From Acidobacteriota bacterium (GTDB lineage: Bacteria > Acidobacteriota > UBA6911 > RPQK01 > JAJDTT01): DNA of 64,000 nucleotides. Shown piece after piece: positions 18,488 to 27,279 of this stretch. The DNA lies in the NCBI GenBank assembly GCA_965209055.1, contig OZ242374.1, forward strand, positions 4,224,001-4,288,000. The letters are read 5' to 3'. Made by a program: the position numbers and the translations under genes. Each line of letters starts with the position of its first letter. Within the stretch, counting starts at the first letter, position 1. The notes beneath the pieces were generated by a model, which worked only from the letters and a program-made list of their open reading frames with translations, was not told where the DNA came from and did not search any database.

Positions 18488-18676
18488 TCAGGAGCCGCCC
18501 TTTCCCGAGCCCTTGCTCCCTCCAGGTTTGTCCGCTGACGGGGGAGAAACGGTGTCGCGGACCGCCATGTCCTGGGACCGGTTGACGGCGGTTGCGGTCC
18601 TTTTCCCGGAGGCGGCTGCCTTCCTGGCCACCCGCCGCTTGGGTCTCCCCGCCGAGGTCGTCTTTTCGGCGCTCAC
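18488..18676 (-). CDS. Putative 62-aa disordered micropeptide with a DMAVRDTVSPP motif
   Basis: GTG start; basic N-half, Pro-Pro motif, Gly/Lys tail; stop 31 nt before copy A; no clear SD. Confidence 0.45.
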   Translation of the reverse strand: MSAEKTTSAGRPKRRVARKAAASGKRTATAVNRSQDMAVRDTVSPPSADKPGGSKGSGKGGS

Positions 18677-18779
18677 AAGGCTGCGTCGGTCGCCAGTATG
18701 TTCGAGGAGGCCAGGAGAAATCCACACCGCCTGACCCGGCACCCGTTCTCCTCCGCTACCCGAACCCGTGTCTGACTCC

Positions 18780-19334
18780 CTAATCGGTTCGAGAACCCGA
18801 GGCCGCGGCAGGCCCTTGATCTTTCTTGGCGAAGCGGTTCGTCCCCAAATCGAAAAAGTGGGCCGTCAGCCGTTGCCACCAAGCCACGGCAATCGGATCT
18901 TTCTTGCCGGCAAGGTCCATGGTCCGGATCAGGATGTTGTGGCAGAGCGCCCAGACCACATACTTCCCCTGGGGCGCCAGGAAATCCAGGTCCATATTGT
19001 CCTCGAAGACGGCCTTGACCGTCTTCCGGGAGGAACTGGCGTAGAGTCGATTGGCGAGCACCGTGTAGTCCCGGAGCAACTCGGCATGCCAGGCCACCTT
19101 GTCTTCAGAAGGAATGATGAGCTTCAAAATGGAGACAAGCGCAGTCCCCAATCCCGCTCCGAGAATCCACCAGGAACCGTCCTGGAGGGCCAGCACAGCC
19201 GTTCCGGCGCCGAGCAGCAACAACGGGACGTTGCTCCACCGACTGAGAACCTGGAAGAAGAACTGTCGCCTGGCGTGGTAGCAAATCGAAATACGGACCT
19301 GGAAAAGAAGATTGCTGTGTTGCTGGTTCTTCAT
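18780..19334 (-). CDS. 2-TM SLATT-like membrane protein (divergent copy B)
   Basis: Gapless alignment to copy A, 87/170 identical by hand count; similar GGAG..GTGAAG.C-ATG-AAG start context. Confidence 0.75.
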   Translation of the reverse strand: MKNQQHSNLLFQVRISICYHARRQFFFQVLSRWSNVPLLLLGAGTAVLALQDGSWWILGAGLGTALVSILKLIIPSEDKVAWHAELLRDYTVLANRLYASSSRKTVKAVFEDNMDLDFLAPQGKYVVWALCHNILIRTMDLAGKKDPIAVAWWQRLTAHFFDLGTNRFAKKDQGPAAASGSRTD

Positions 19335-19549
19335 GACTTCACTTCTCCCGGGGCCGTAGCCCTCACCCTCCGGATCTCGAACCTGTGTTTGAATCCCTGT
19401 TTGGAGTTAACGATTGCAGGCCAGAAAAGACGAGGTTCAACCGGTGGCGCCAGGCCGGTTCTTCTCATACCCGACTCTCGTCATCCGTCGTCTTGCGCAT
19501 GGGCGCCGCGGTTTGGAAGAATGAACCGCCCAGCCGAAGGGTGGCTTTC

Positions 19550-20380
19550 ATGGTCGAGTCTCTGCTGAAGAGTTTGGATGAAGACGGGTGGCTCCTGCTG
19601 GAAAACGTCATTCCACCGGACCGGGTGGATGCCGTCCGGCGGAACGTGTTGTCCGCCCGGGACCGGTCTCTGGAAACCGAGGAAGCCAAGCTCGTAGCCA
19701 AAGACGCCCGGGTCACCACCCGGGGCGGGGCCGTGGTGGGACTCATCAACCTGGACCAGTCCATCGCCCCCTATCTGGCCGACCCGCGGGTCCTGGCCAT
19801 CATCGAGCGGCTCTGGGGAGACTACACCCGGATCGTCTCCCTCGGCGGGCTGATCAGCGACCCGGGCCACCGGGACCGGGTGTGGCACGCGGACTGGCCC
19901 TTCAACCAGACCAACGCCGCTCATATTCCCGCTCCCTATCCCGACTCGGTCCAGGTCCTCACCGGCATCTTCATGCTCACGCCCTTCACGGCCGAGACGG
20001 GGGGCACCTTCGTGGTGCCGAAAAGCCATCGCTCTTCCAACAACCCGACGGGAGACAACGGCGTCGACCGCGGGGCGCCCCATCCCACGGAGGTCCAGGT
20101 GACCGGGGAAGCGGGAAGCCTGCTCCTGTTCGACAGCCGCATCTGGCACTCGGCGGCTCCCGTCCTCAGCCGTGACGCCCGGGTGGCGGCCGTGGTCCGC
20201 TACGCGCCGTGGTGGATCAACCTGAATCCGATACTGCTCGGCACCGACGACCACGCTCGGATCGTGACCGAGACCAACGGCAAGCCTTATCTGGTGCCGC
20301 TGGTCATGCGGGAGGTTTTCGAGTCTCTGCCCGGGACGGTTCAGCCTCTGCTCCGGCATTGGGTGGAACCGGGCGGGTAG
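19550..20380 (+). CDS. Phytanoyl-CoA dioxygenase (PhyH) family Fe/2OG enzyme
   Basis: DGWLLLENVI, WHAD (HxD), GGTFVVPKSH, AGSLLLFDSRIWHS. Confidence 0.88.
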   Translation: MVESLLKSLDEDGWLLLENVIPPDRVDAVRRNVLSARDRSLETEEAKLVAKDARVTTRGGAVVGLINLDQSIAPYLADPRVLAIIERLWGDYTRIVSLGGLISDPGHRDRVWHADWPFNQTNAAHIPAPYPDSVQVLTGIFMLTPFTAETGGTFVVPKSHRSSNNPTGDNGVDRGAPHPTEVQVTGEAGSLLLFDSRIWHSAAPVLSRDARVAAVVRYAPWWINLNPILLGTDDHARIVTETNGKPYLVPLVMREVFESLPGTVQPLLRHWVEPGG

Positions 20381-20393
20381 CGGGTTCCTCGAC

Positions 20394-22034
20394 CTACCAG
20401 AAGACGTAGAAGACCAGCAGAAGGGAAGCCGCCATCACCAGGCCGGCCCAGAGATTGGGCCGGGCCCACAACGGAACCGTGCGGGCGGGCGCCTCGAAAG
20501 GAGAATCCACCAGATCGGGCACGCCCTGGCGGGACCGGTCGAGCCAGCCGCCCACCTGTCCCCGGGGCAGGGAGGACGCCGGATCACGGCCCAAAAACAA
20601 CGAGGTCAGAATCATGGCGCCCGAGGTGGCGACGATGCTCCAGACATAGGCGGCGAACTTGTCGGTGAACCAGACGGGAAAGAGTTCCACGCCGGCGCCC
20701 ACCAGGGCGAGGATGCCGTAACCCGAACCGACCGCCAGGCCGATGCTCCCGCTCTTTCGGTGGACTCGCGTGAAGACCCCCATCAGGTAGACGGTCATGA
20801 GGGGAATGACGAACACGCTGGTGACCCGGATGAAGAAACCGGCGATGTTCTCGAAACGGAGAATGAAGGGAATGTAGGCAAAGGAAGCGGCCACCACAAA
20901 GGGGGTCACCCAGCGGCTGACCCGGAAATAGTGGCTGTCTTCCCGGTCCCGAACGAAGAGCCGGGCATAGATGTCCCGGGTGCAGAGGGCCGCCAGGGCC
21001 GATCCGATCCCTTCGTAGGTGGTGATCGCCGCCGCGATCACCCCGGCCACGACGATTCCCTTCAGCCCCGGTCCCAGGAACTCGTTCACCAGCAGGGGGT
21101 AGATCTGGTCCGGCCGCTGCAGCGTCTCGGGCCAGATGGCCCGGCCCAGGATCCCCAGCGTCCCGTTGAAGTACATCAGGATCATGGTCATGCCCGAGGC
21201 CAGGAGAACCGACATCTTCACGTCCCAGAGGGAGCGGGCGCCGAACAGCTTCATGGTCTCGCTGTGATTCACGATGGGGTAGGCCGCTCCCAGGATGAGC
21301 CAGGCCGCCGTCACCACGAGGGGATCGGGGCTGCCCGGCCGGGAGATGCCGATATGCAGCAGGTAGCGGGGCAGTTCGGTTCCCCCTTTGAGAGCCAGTT
21401 TTTCCACCGCGCCCGACCAGCCGCCGGCGACGTTCCAGACCACGGACCACAGGACCAGGACTCCGGTGATCATGGCGACGGTCAGGAAGGCATCGACCCA
21501 GGCGATGGTCTTGAGTCCACCCCGGGCCGAGTACAGGGTAGCCATCCCGGCGAACGCGGCGACGGCGAACCAGGCCGAGATCTCGTCGAGCCCCATGACC
21601 AGGGTGAGCGTCAACTGGAGGGAGATGGCGATTCCCGCCAGGATGTTGGTCCGGTACTGGAACTGCACCAGGGCGCTGACCACGCGAGCCGCCGGACCGA
21701 AACGATATTCCAGGTACTCGGCATTGGTGAACAATCCGGCCCGGTACATGGGAGGCAACACGTAGAAGGCGGCGATGAAGTATCCCGTCACCACCCCCAG
21801 CCACCAGGTCGTCAGGACGGACATGCCCTCGATATAGGTCATCCCGTTGACACCCACGATGTCGCCGCTGTCGACGGAGGTGGCGAAAAGAGAGATGGCC
21901 ACGATCCAGAAAGGGAGGCTGCGGCCGCCCAGGAACCAGTCCAGGTTGGTCTTGGTTTCGCGTGAACGCACCAGTCCGTAGCCGAAGACCAACAAGTTGA
22001 GACCCAGGACGATGACCCAGTCTATGGCCGACAT
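20394..22034 (-). CDS. Sodium:solute symporter (SSS family)
   Basis: WFLGGRSLPFW..AISLFAT, EYLEYRFG, YSARGGLK, GLKGIVVAG; many TM helices. Confidence 0.9.
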   Translation of the reverse strand: MSAIDWVIVLGLNLLVFGYGLVRSRETKTNLDWFLGGRSLPFWIVAISLFATSVDSGDIVGVNGMTYIEGMSVLTTWWLGVVTGYFIAAFYVLPPMYRAGLFTNAEYLEYRFGPAARVVSALVQFQYRTNILAGIAISLQLTLTLVMGLDEISAWFAVAAFAGMATLYSARGGLKTIAWVDAFLTVAMITGVLVLWSVVWNVAGGWSGAVEKLALKGGTELPRYLLHIGISRPGSPDPLVVTAAWLILGAAYPIVNHSETMKLFGARSLWDVKMSVLLASGMTMILMYFNGTLGILGRAIWPETLQRPDQIYPLLVNEFLGPGLKGIVVAGVIAAAITTYEGIGSALAALCTRDIYARLFVRDREDSHYFRVSRWVTPFVVAASFAYIPFILRFENIAGFFIRVTSVFVIPLMTVYLMGVFTRVHRKSGSIGLAVGSGYGILALVGAGVELFPVWFTDKFAAYVWSIVATSGAMILTSLFLGRDPASSLPRGQVGGWLDRSRQGVPDLVDSPFEAPARTVPLWARPNLWAGLVMAASLLLVFYVFW

Positions 22035-22073
22035 GTTGATTTAGCCCCTAGTTCCCGCGGACGTCCGACGGCT

Positions 22074-23186
22074 TCAGAGAGCCGGCCGGCTCCGCTCCGC
22101 GTATCCGGTCAGTTCCACGTATCCCTGTCCTTTCGGGCCGCCCGACGGCGTTTCGACCCGGACCGGGCCCTCCCAGTAGGCGAGTCCCGGCAGGAGCCGG
22201 CTCACGTTCTCCGAGTCGGGGACCTCCGGAGTCACCATCAACTCCAGACCCTCGCCCGGGACCTGCAGCCGCCACCCGGCGGGATAGCGGGCGCCGTTGT
22301 GGGGACTGGCCCAGGCTCCGGTGGCCCGCACCGACCACTCCTCCGGTCCCAGGTACCGGGTTCGACCCTCCTTGGATATCAACGTCCCATTGGCAAAATC
22401 CACCCGATTGCGGCGATCCCTCAGAAGATAGAGCATCAGGTCGCGGCCGTCGTCCAACTGCAGGCTGAACCAGTCCCATCCGATCTGACGGGCTCCCAAT
22501 TGATTGGACCCGAACTCCTTGTCCATCCAGGAGACGCCCTCCACGGCGTGTTCCTCGCCTCCGATGGAAATCCGGCCGCCGGTCGCCATCCGGGTGAAGC
22601 TGTAGTACTGGCTCGCGGCGCCCTCGTCTCCTCCCTTGATGCTGTAGCCGTTGGGACCCTGGAAAACCGGGCCCTTGGTCCCGCGGGTCGTGAGCCGGAA
22701 GGAAAAGTCCCGGCCCTCGTCCGAGGCGGCAAGGTCGAAGCCCTTGCCATTCCAATGCAGGGTCCAGTGGCCGGAACTGCCGGCGGGGGGCCGGCTCCAG
22801 GCGATGAGCGAAGACGATCCGTCCCCGAATTGCCCCAGCAGCGGTGTGGCGCGATAGAGGATCTCGGTGAAGAGATGCTGCTTGTTCCTCAGGTCGGTCA
22901 GCGCCGCGTGCCCCATGATGACGTCCCGGGCCGTCCAGGCGGAGTCGAGCGGCGGAGATTCGGGCTGGAGCCCGACCCGGAAGAAGGTGAACTGGTAGCC
23001 GAACCGGCGCGGAGTCTCTCCGCGGGTCCGCAGATGGCCCGTGAAGTACCACCATTCGGTGCGATAGCCGTTCCGGGCCCAGTGATCCTGCGGGAAGGAC
23101 CAGGTGTAATCGGAGCGCGCCGGTTTCCAATCGAAGGTCGTCCCCAACAGGCTCAGAACAATCAGAGCTCCGGCGAGGAATGGCAT
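22074..23186 (-). CDS. AttH/CrtC-like lipocalin-fold secreted protein
   Basis: FPQDH, TEWWYFTG, FGYQFTFFR, SQYYS, WMDKEF, GWDWFSLQL, YWEG, GYVELTGY. Confidence 0.9.
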   Translation of the reverse strand: MPFLAGALIVLSLLGTTFDWKPARSDYTWSFPQDHWARNGYRTEWWYFTGHLRTRGETPRRFGYQFTFFRVGLQPESPPLDSAWTARDVIMGHAALTDLRNKQHLFTEILYRATPLLGQFGDGSSSLIAWSRPPAGSSGHWTLHWNGKGFDLAASDEGRDFSFRLTTRGTKGPVFQGPNGYSIKGGDEGAASQYYSFTRMATGGRISIGGEEHAVEGVSWMDKEFGSNQLGARQIGWDWFSLQLDDGRDLMLYLLRDRRNRVDFANGTLISKEGRTRYLGPEEWSVRATGAWASPHNGARYPAGWRLQVPGEGLELMVTPEVPDSENVSRLLPGLAYWEGPVRVETPSGGPKGQGYVELTGYAERSRPAL

Positions 23187-23190
23187 TTGG

Positions 23191-25713
23191 CTAAAGGTCC
23201 TCTCGGCTGAGTTGGGTCGCCGGCGTCCGGCTGGCAGCCAGCGCCGGATACAGGCTTGCCAGCACTGCCGCCGCCAGGATGGTCGCCGACTGGACCAGGA
23301 CCGTTCCCCAGGGCCAGTGGACCTGGATGGTCCACCCGAAGTAGGCCCGATTGATGACGAAGACCAGGATGCCCGCCAGGAGCACTCCACCCGCCAGACC
23401 CAGCGCGAGCCCGGCGACCCCCATGCCCAGCCCCTTGCCCACAAAGATCCGGAAGAGCTGCGACCGCCGGGCGCCGAGGGACCGGTAGAGGGCGAGCTCG
23501 GCCGACTCCTCCCGAGCCAGCACCAACAGCGTCAATATGATGCCCGCGACGGCGATCAGCAGGCTCGTCCCCTGCAGGAGCCGCGTGACGGCAAAGGTCT
23601 GGTCGAAGATCTCCATCACTTCCTGGCGCAGCTTCCGGTTGCTTCGAAAGAGGAGCGAATCACCCGCGTGCGCCGCCCGGAGGCGGTCGACGGTCTCGCC
23701 GGTGTCGGCTCCGGACTCCAGATAGAGGGCCACGCTGTGGACGGGCCCCGGACCGAAGAGCCTCTCCATGGTCTCCAGGCCGACCACAGCCAGCCCCGTT
23801 CCCGGCTGATAGTCGTAGTAGATGCCGGCAATGGGAACCCGCCGCTCACCGTCTGGAGTGACCAGAAGGAGGTGGTCCCCCGGCTCCAGACCGCGCCGCC
23901 GCGCCAGAGTTTCCCCGACCAGAGTTGCGCCCTCTTCCCGGAACTGCCGGTAAACGGCGACCGGATCTCCTCCCGTCAGCGGAAACCGGGCTTCGCCCCC
24001 GGGAAGGCTGGTCTCGACTCCGGCCAGAAAGATGCGCTCGCCGCCGGAGCGGACCGTCAGCCTCCGGTAGCGGTCCAGAGCCACGACGTCCCTGGTCCGG
24101 GACAATCGGGAAATCAGCCCCGGGCTCAGGGCGGTCTCGTCGCCTCGTCCTCTCCAGGATTCGGTCTTGACGTAGATGTCGGCCTGGACCGAGGTCCGAA
24201 GCCAGACCTCCAGTGTCTCCCGGAAGCTGCTGGTCTTGAGGGTGACGCCGACCATCATGCTGACCGCGATGGCCAGGGAGGAGGCCGTGAAGACGGTGGT
24301 GGTCCAGCGTCCGGCCAGGGAACGAAACCCGTATCGGACGCCGAGTCCGGACAGGGGCAGCAGCGACGCCGCCCGGACCAGGATGGGAGTGAACAGAGGG
24401 ATGGACACCAGGAGAGCGACGCCCAGAACGAAGCCGGCCGGCCGCCAATCCGCGGCGAACCGGTACCAGGCTGCCGCCATCGCCAGAATCCCGGTCCCGG
24501 CCAGGGCCAGGGGAATCGCCGAAGTCCTCACCCTTTCCTGCAGCAGCCGGGAAGAGAGAAGCGATCGGGGAGGAGAGAGACAGAGGTCCAGGGCGGGGAG
24601 GAGAGTCCCGGCCAGCGCGGCGCCCATGCCGGCCGCGGCTCCCGCCAGGTAGACCCAGCGGGGAACCTGGAGGGAGGTGATCTCGTTCAGGAGATAGACC
24701 TGGGTCAGCGTGGCGCTGACGGCGTCCACGTTGGCTCGGGCGGCCCAGTAGCCCAGGCCGGTTCCCAGGACCACTCCCAGTGCTCCCACCAGAGCGGCCT
24801 CGAAGGCGATGAGTCCCAAGAGCTGCCCCCGGGTCGCTCCCACGGCCCGGAGCACTCCGAACTCGCGCCGCCGGCGCACCAGCAGAGCCTGGGAGCTGGT
24901 ATAGACGACGAAGCTGCCCACGAAGAGGCTGATCAGGCTCAGCGCCGTCAGGTTCAGGCGGAATGCGCTCAGAAGGCCGGCCGCCTCGTCCTCCCTCTGC
25001 GTCGGAGTCAGCACCTCAACCGACGGACCCAGGCGTCGTTCCAGAAGCGCCTTGAGATCCGCGCGATCTTCAGGCGCCGCCTCGACATGGATCTCGTGCA
25101 GGTCGCCCGGCCGGCCCAGCAGGCCCTGGACCTGGGAGATGTCCATGACCGCCAGCTTGGCCCCGGCCAACGTCGTGACCCGGGCGAAGTCCACCAGGGC
25201 GCCGATGACCAGGCGGGCCTCCCGCGGGCCGCAGGAAACTTCCATTGAATCTCCCACGGACCAGCCTTGGGCACGGGCCAGCTCGGGAGTCACGGCCATC
25301 CAACCGGGTTGGGTCAGGCCTTCCGACGCCTTCTCCCGGCCCAGCAGTTCCAGACTCTCCCGCGAAGCCGGAGAAATGAGATCGATTCCCATCACCTCCA
25401 GGAGCAATGAATCCGATCCCTTCACCGCCACGTCCAGCCGGTAGACCGGCCAGGCTCCCCGGACGCCGCGGGTGGCGAGCACTTCCGGAAAGAGGCTCTC
25501 CGGGAGAGTCCGGTTCAAGCCACGAACGGTGAGATCCGCCTCCGATCCCACGGCCCGGAGAGCTCCCCGGAATGCGGCCACAGCGCTCAGGTTGATGATC
25601 TGCACCGAGAGGACCGAGGCGACACCCAGGGCGACTCCGAAGATCGTCAGAAGATAGAGCGACCGGCCCGCCCGGAGACGGGTCTTCAGGGTGTGCAGCA
25701 GGTAGCGCCTCAT
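23191..25713 (-). CDS. ABC transporter permease, double FtsX/MacB-type (AttFG-like)
   Basis: GVALGVA, RRREFGVLRAVGA, IFDQTFAVT, VINRAYFGWTI. Confidence 0.9.
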   Translation of the reverse strand: MRRYLLHTLKTRLRAGRSLYLLTIFGVALGVASVLSVQIINLSAVAAFRGALRAVGSEADLTVRGLNRTLPESLFPEVLATRGVRGAWPVYRLDVAVKGSDSLLLEVMGIDLISPASRESLELLGREKASEGLTQPGWMAVTPELARAQGWSVGDSMEVSCGPREARLVIGALVDFARVTTLAGAKLAVMDISQVQGLLGRPGDLHEIHVEAAPEDRADLKALLERRLGPSVEVLTPTQREDEAAGLLSAFRLNLTALSLISLFVGSFVVYTSSQALLVRRRREFGVLRAVGATRGQLLGLIAFEAALVGALGVVLGTGLGYWAARANVDAVSATLTQVYLLNEITSLQVPRWVYLAGAAAGMGAALAGTLLPALDLCLSPPRSLLSSRLLQERVRTSAIPLALAGTGILAMAAAWYRFAADWRPAGFVLGVALLVSIPLFTPILVRAASLLPLSGLGVRYGFRSLAGRWTTTVFTASSLAIAVSMMVGVTLKTSSFRETLEVWLRTSVQADIYVKTESWRGRGDETALSPGLISRLSRTRDVVALDRYRRLTVRSGGERIFLAGVETSLPGGEARFPLTGGDPVAVYRQFREEGATLVGETLARRRGLEPGDHLLLVTPDGERRVPIAGIYYDYQPGTGLAVVGLETMERLFGPGPVHSVALYLESGADTGETVDRLRAAHAGDSLLFRSNRKLRQEVMEIFDQTFAVTRLLQGTSLLIAVAGIILTLLVLAREESAELALYRSLGARRSQLFRIFVGKGLGMGVAGLALGLAGGVLLAGILVFVINRAYFGWTIQVHWPWGTVLVQSATILAAAVLASLYPALAASRTPATQLSREDL

Positions 25714-26390
25714 GCGGCGTCCAGGACCCCGCTGTGGATCCGCCAGGTCTCGTCGGCCAGTCCCGCCAGCTCCCGGCTGTGGGTGACGTAGAGCAACGTG
25801 GCCTTCTCCCGGGTCACCAGCTCCAGCATCAGCTCCAAGACCAGCCAGGAGTTCTCGTCGTCCAGGTTGCCCGTGGGTTCGTCCGCCAGGATCAGCCGGG
25901 GGCGCCGCAGGAGAGCCCGGCAGATGGCCGCCCGCTGCATCTCGCCGCCGCTCAGGTTGCTCACCGGATCGTCGGCGCGATCGGCCAGGCCGACCCGGTC
26001 CAACAACTCCATCACCCGGGGTTCGAAGTCATGGGGTTTCCCGCCGGCGACGAGCGCCGGGAGCGCCACGTTCTCCCGGACCGGCAGGTGGGGCAGGAGA
26101 TGGAAGAACTGGAAGACGAGGCCGATCTCGTTTCTGCGCAGCAGGGTCCGGTCGCGGTCCGAAAAACGGGAGAGGTCCTTTCCCAGAACCTCGACCCGGC
26201 CGCGGGTGGGCAGGTCGATGCCCGCGGCCAGATGAAGGAGGGTGGACTTGCCGCTGCCGCTCCGTCCCACGATGGCCACCCGGCGTCCTGAGGACACCTG
26301 GAAAGAGACGTCGTGAAGCGCCGTCAGACCTCCTCCGGCAGATTCTCCGTAGGTCTTCGAGACGCGTGAAAACGCCAGGAGGGGAGTCAT
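25710..26390 (-). CDS. ABC transporter ATP-binding protein (LolD/AttE-like)
   Basis: GRSGSGKST, LSGGEMQR, ADEPTGNLD, VTH; ATGA overlap with permease. Confidence 0.93.
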   Translation of the reverse strand: MTPLLAFSRVSKTYGESAGGGLTALHDVSFQVSSGRRVAIVGRSGSGKSTLLHLAAGIDLPTRGRVEVLGKDLSRFSDRDRTLLRRNEIGLVFQFFHLLPHLPVRENVALPALVAGGKPHDFEPRVMELLDRVGLADRADDPVSNLSGGEMQRAAICRALLRRPRLILADEPTGNLDDENSWLVLELMLELVTREKATLLYVTHSRELAGLADETWRIHSGVLDAA

Positions 26391-26470
26391 CTCGATGGAA
26401 CAGGTTATGGGGAACGGCGGAACGAATTCAACTCAGGGAGAAAACACTTAACAGCACATACCCTTCTTAT

Positions 26471-26531
26471 GAAAGTGATTATCATTATCATGTCATAGTA
26501 GACATTGTTACTGAAATTGAATTTCATAATC
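26471..26531. promoter_or_regulatory. Fur-box region in AT-rich divergent intergenic gap
   Basis: 26471-26489 reverse complement GATAATGATAATCACTTTC matches 17/19 of the Fur consensus; weaker second box at 26513-26531. Confidence 0.8.
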
Positions 26532-26584
26532 ATTGATATTGATGTCTGATTTCAATTAAGTCGTTTATTTACTATGTTTTATAT

Positions 26585-26614
26585 TTGACAGCCCTTTCAT
26601 TTAACATGTACATT
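26585..26614 (+). promoter_or_regulatory. sigma70-like promoter for ferritin
   Basis: TTGACA-N18-TACATT. Confidence 0.55.
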
Positions 26615-26680
26615 GGTTGGCATGGAGTCTGCAGATCGCGACTTTGACAGGCGACGGATTTGATCAACAGGGAGAAAGAT

Positions 26681-27166
26681 ATGAACGGAAAAATCAATCA
26701 AGCCTTGAACACACAGATCCACATGGAGTTGGAATCCTCCTACCTCTACCTGGCCCTTTCGGCCTACTACGACTCCAAGGACCTGCCCGGTTTCGCTCAT
26801 TGGATGAGGGAGCAGAGCCGGGAGGAGTATGGGCACGCCATGAGATTGTTCGACTACCTCCTGACCCGCGGAGCGAAGGTCGATCTGGACACCCTCGGAA
26901 AGCCTGCCGACGGGTTCACGTCCCCCGTGAGTGCCTTCAATCGAGTCGTGGACCATGAAAAACGGGTCACCAATGCCATCCACAAGCTCTATCTCTTGGC
27001 TCTCGAAGAGGGTGACCTGGCCACCGGAGTGGAACTGCAGTGGTTCATTCAGGAGCAGGTCGAAGAGGAAAAATCGGTCTCGGAGGTCGCGGCTCAACTG
27101 CGATGGGGCAACGGTGAACCCATGGGCCTGCTGATGGTGGACCGCGACCTGGCCAAACGGGAATAA
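26681..27166 (+). CDS. ftnA: Non-heme ferritin
   Basis: Ferroxidase motifs ELESSYLY, EEYGHA, HEKRVT, WFIQEQVEEE; GGAG SD. Confidence 0.93.
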   Translation: MNGKINQALNTQIHMELESSYLYLALSAYYDSKDLPGFAHWMREQSREEYGHAMRLFDYLLTRGAKVDLDTLGKPADGFTSPVSAFNRVVDHEKRVTNAIHKLYLLALEEGDLATGVELQWFIQEQVEEEKSVSEVAAQLRWGNGEPMGLLMVDRDLAKRE

Positions 27167-27239
27167 CCCCGGCCGGTTCCCTCCGATCCCCCCGCATTTC
27201 CTCCGCCGGTCCCGCAGGTAGCGGGGCCGGCGGCGATTC

Positions 27240-27269
27240 TTGACAGTTTCGGCGTCCGCTTGGTAGCTT
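27240..27269 (+). promoter_or_regulatory. sigma70-like promoter, near-leaderless transcript
   Basis: TTGACA-N18-TAGCTT with TGn extension, ending 10 nt before ATG 27280; no SD. Confidence 0.55.
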
Positions 27270-27279
27270 CGGGCGCCTC

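Noticed and set aside
18471-18725. Alternative 84-aa ORF overlapping the ATG at 18474
   Set aside because: Composition looks like an off-frame reading; the DTVSPP frame is preferred, although only Ribo-seq could decide
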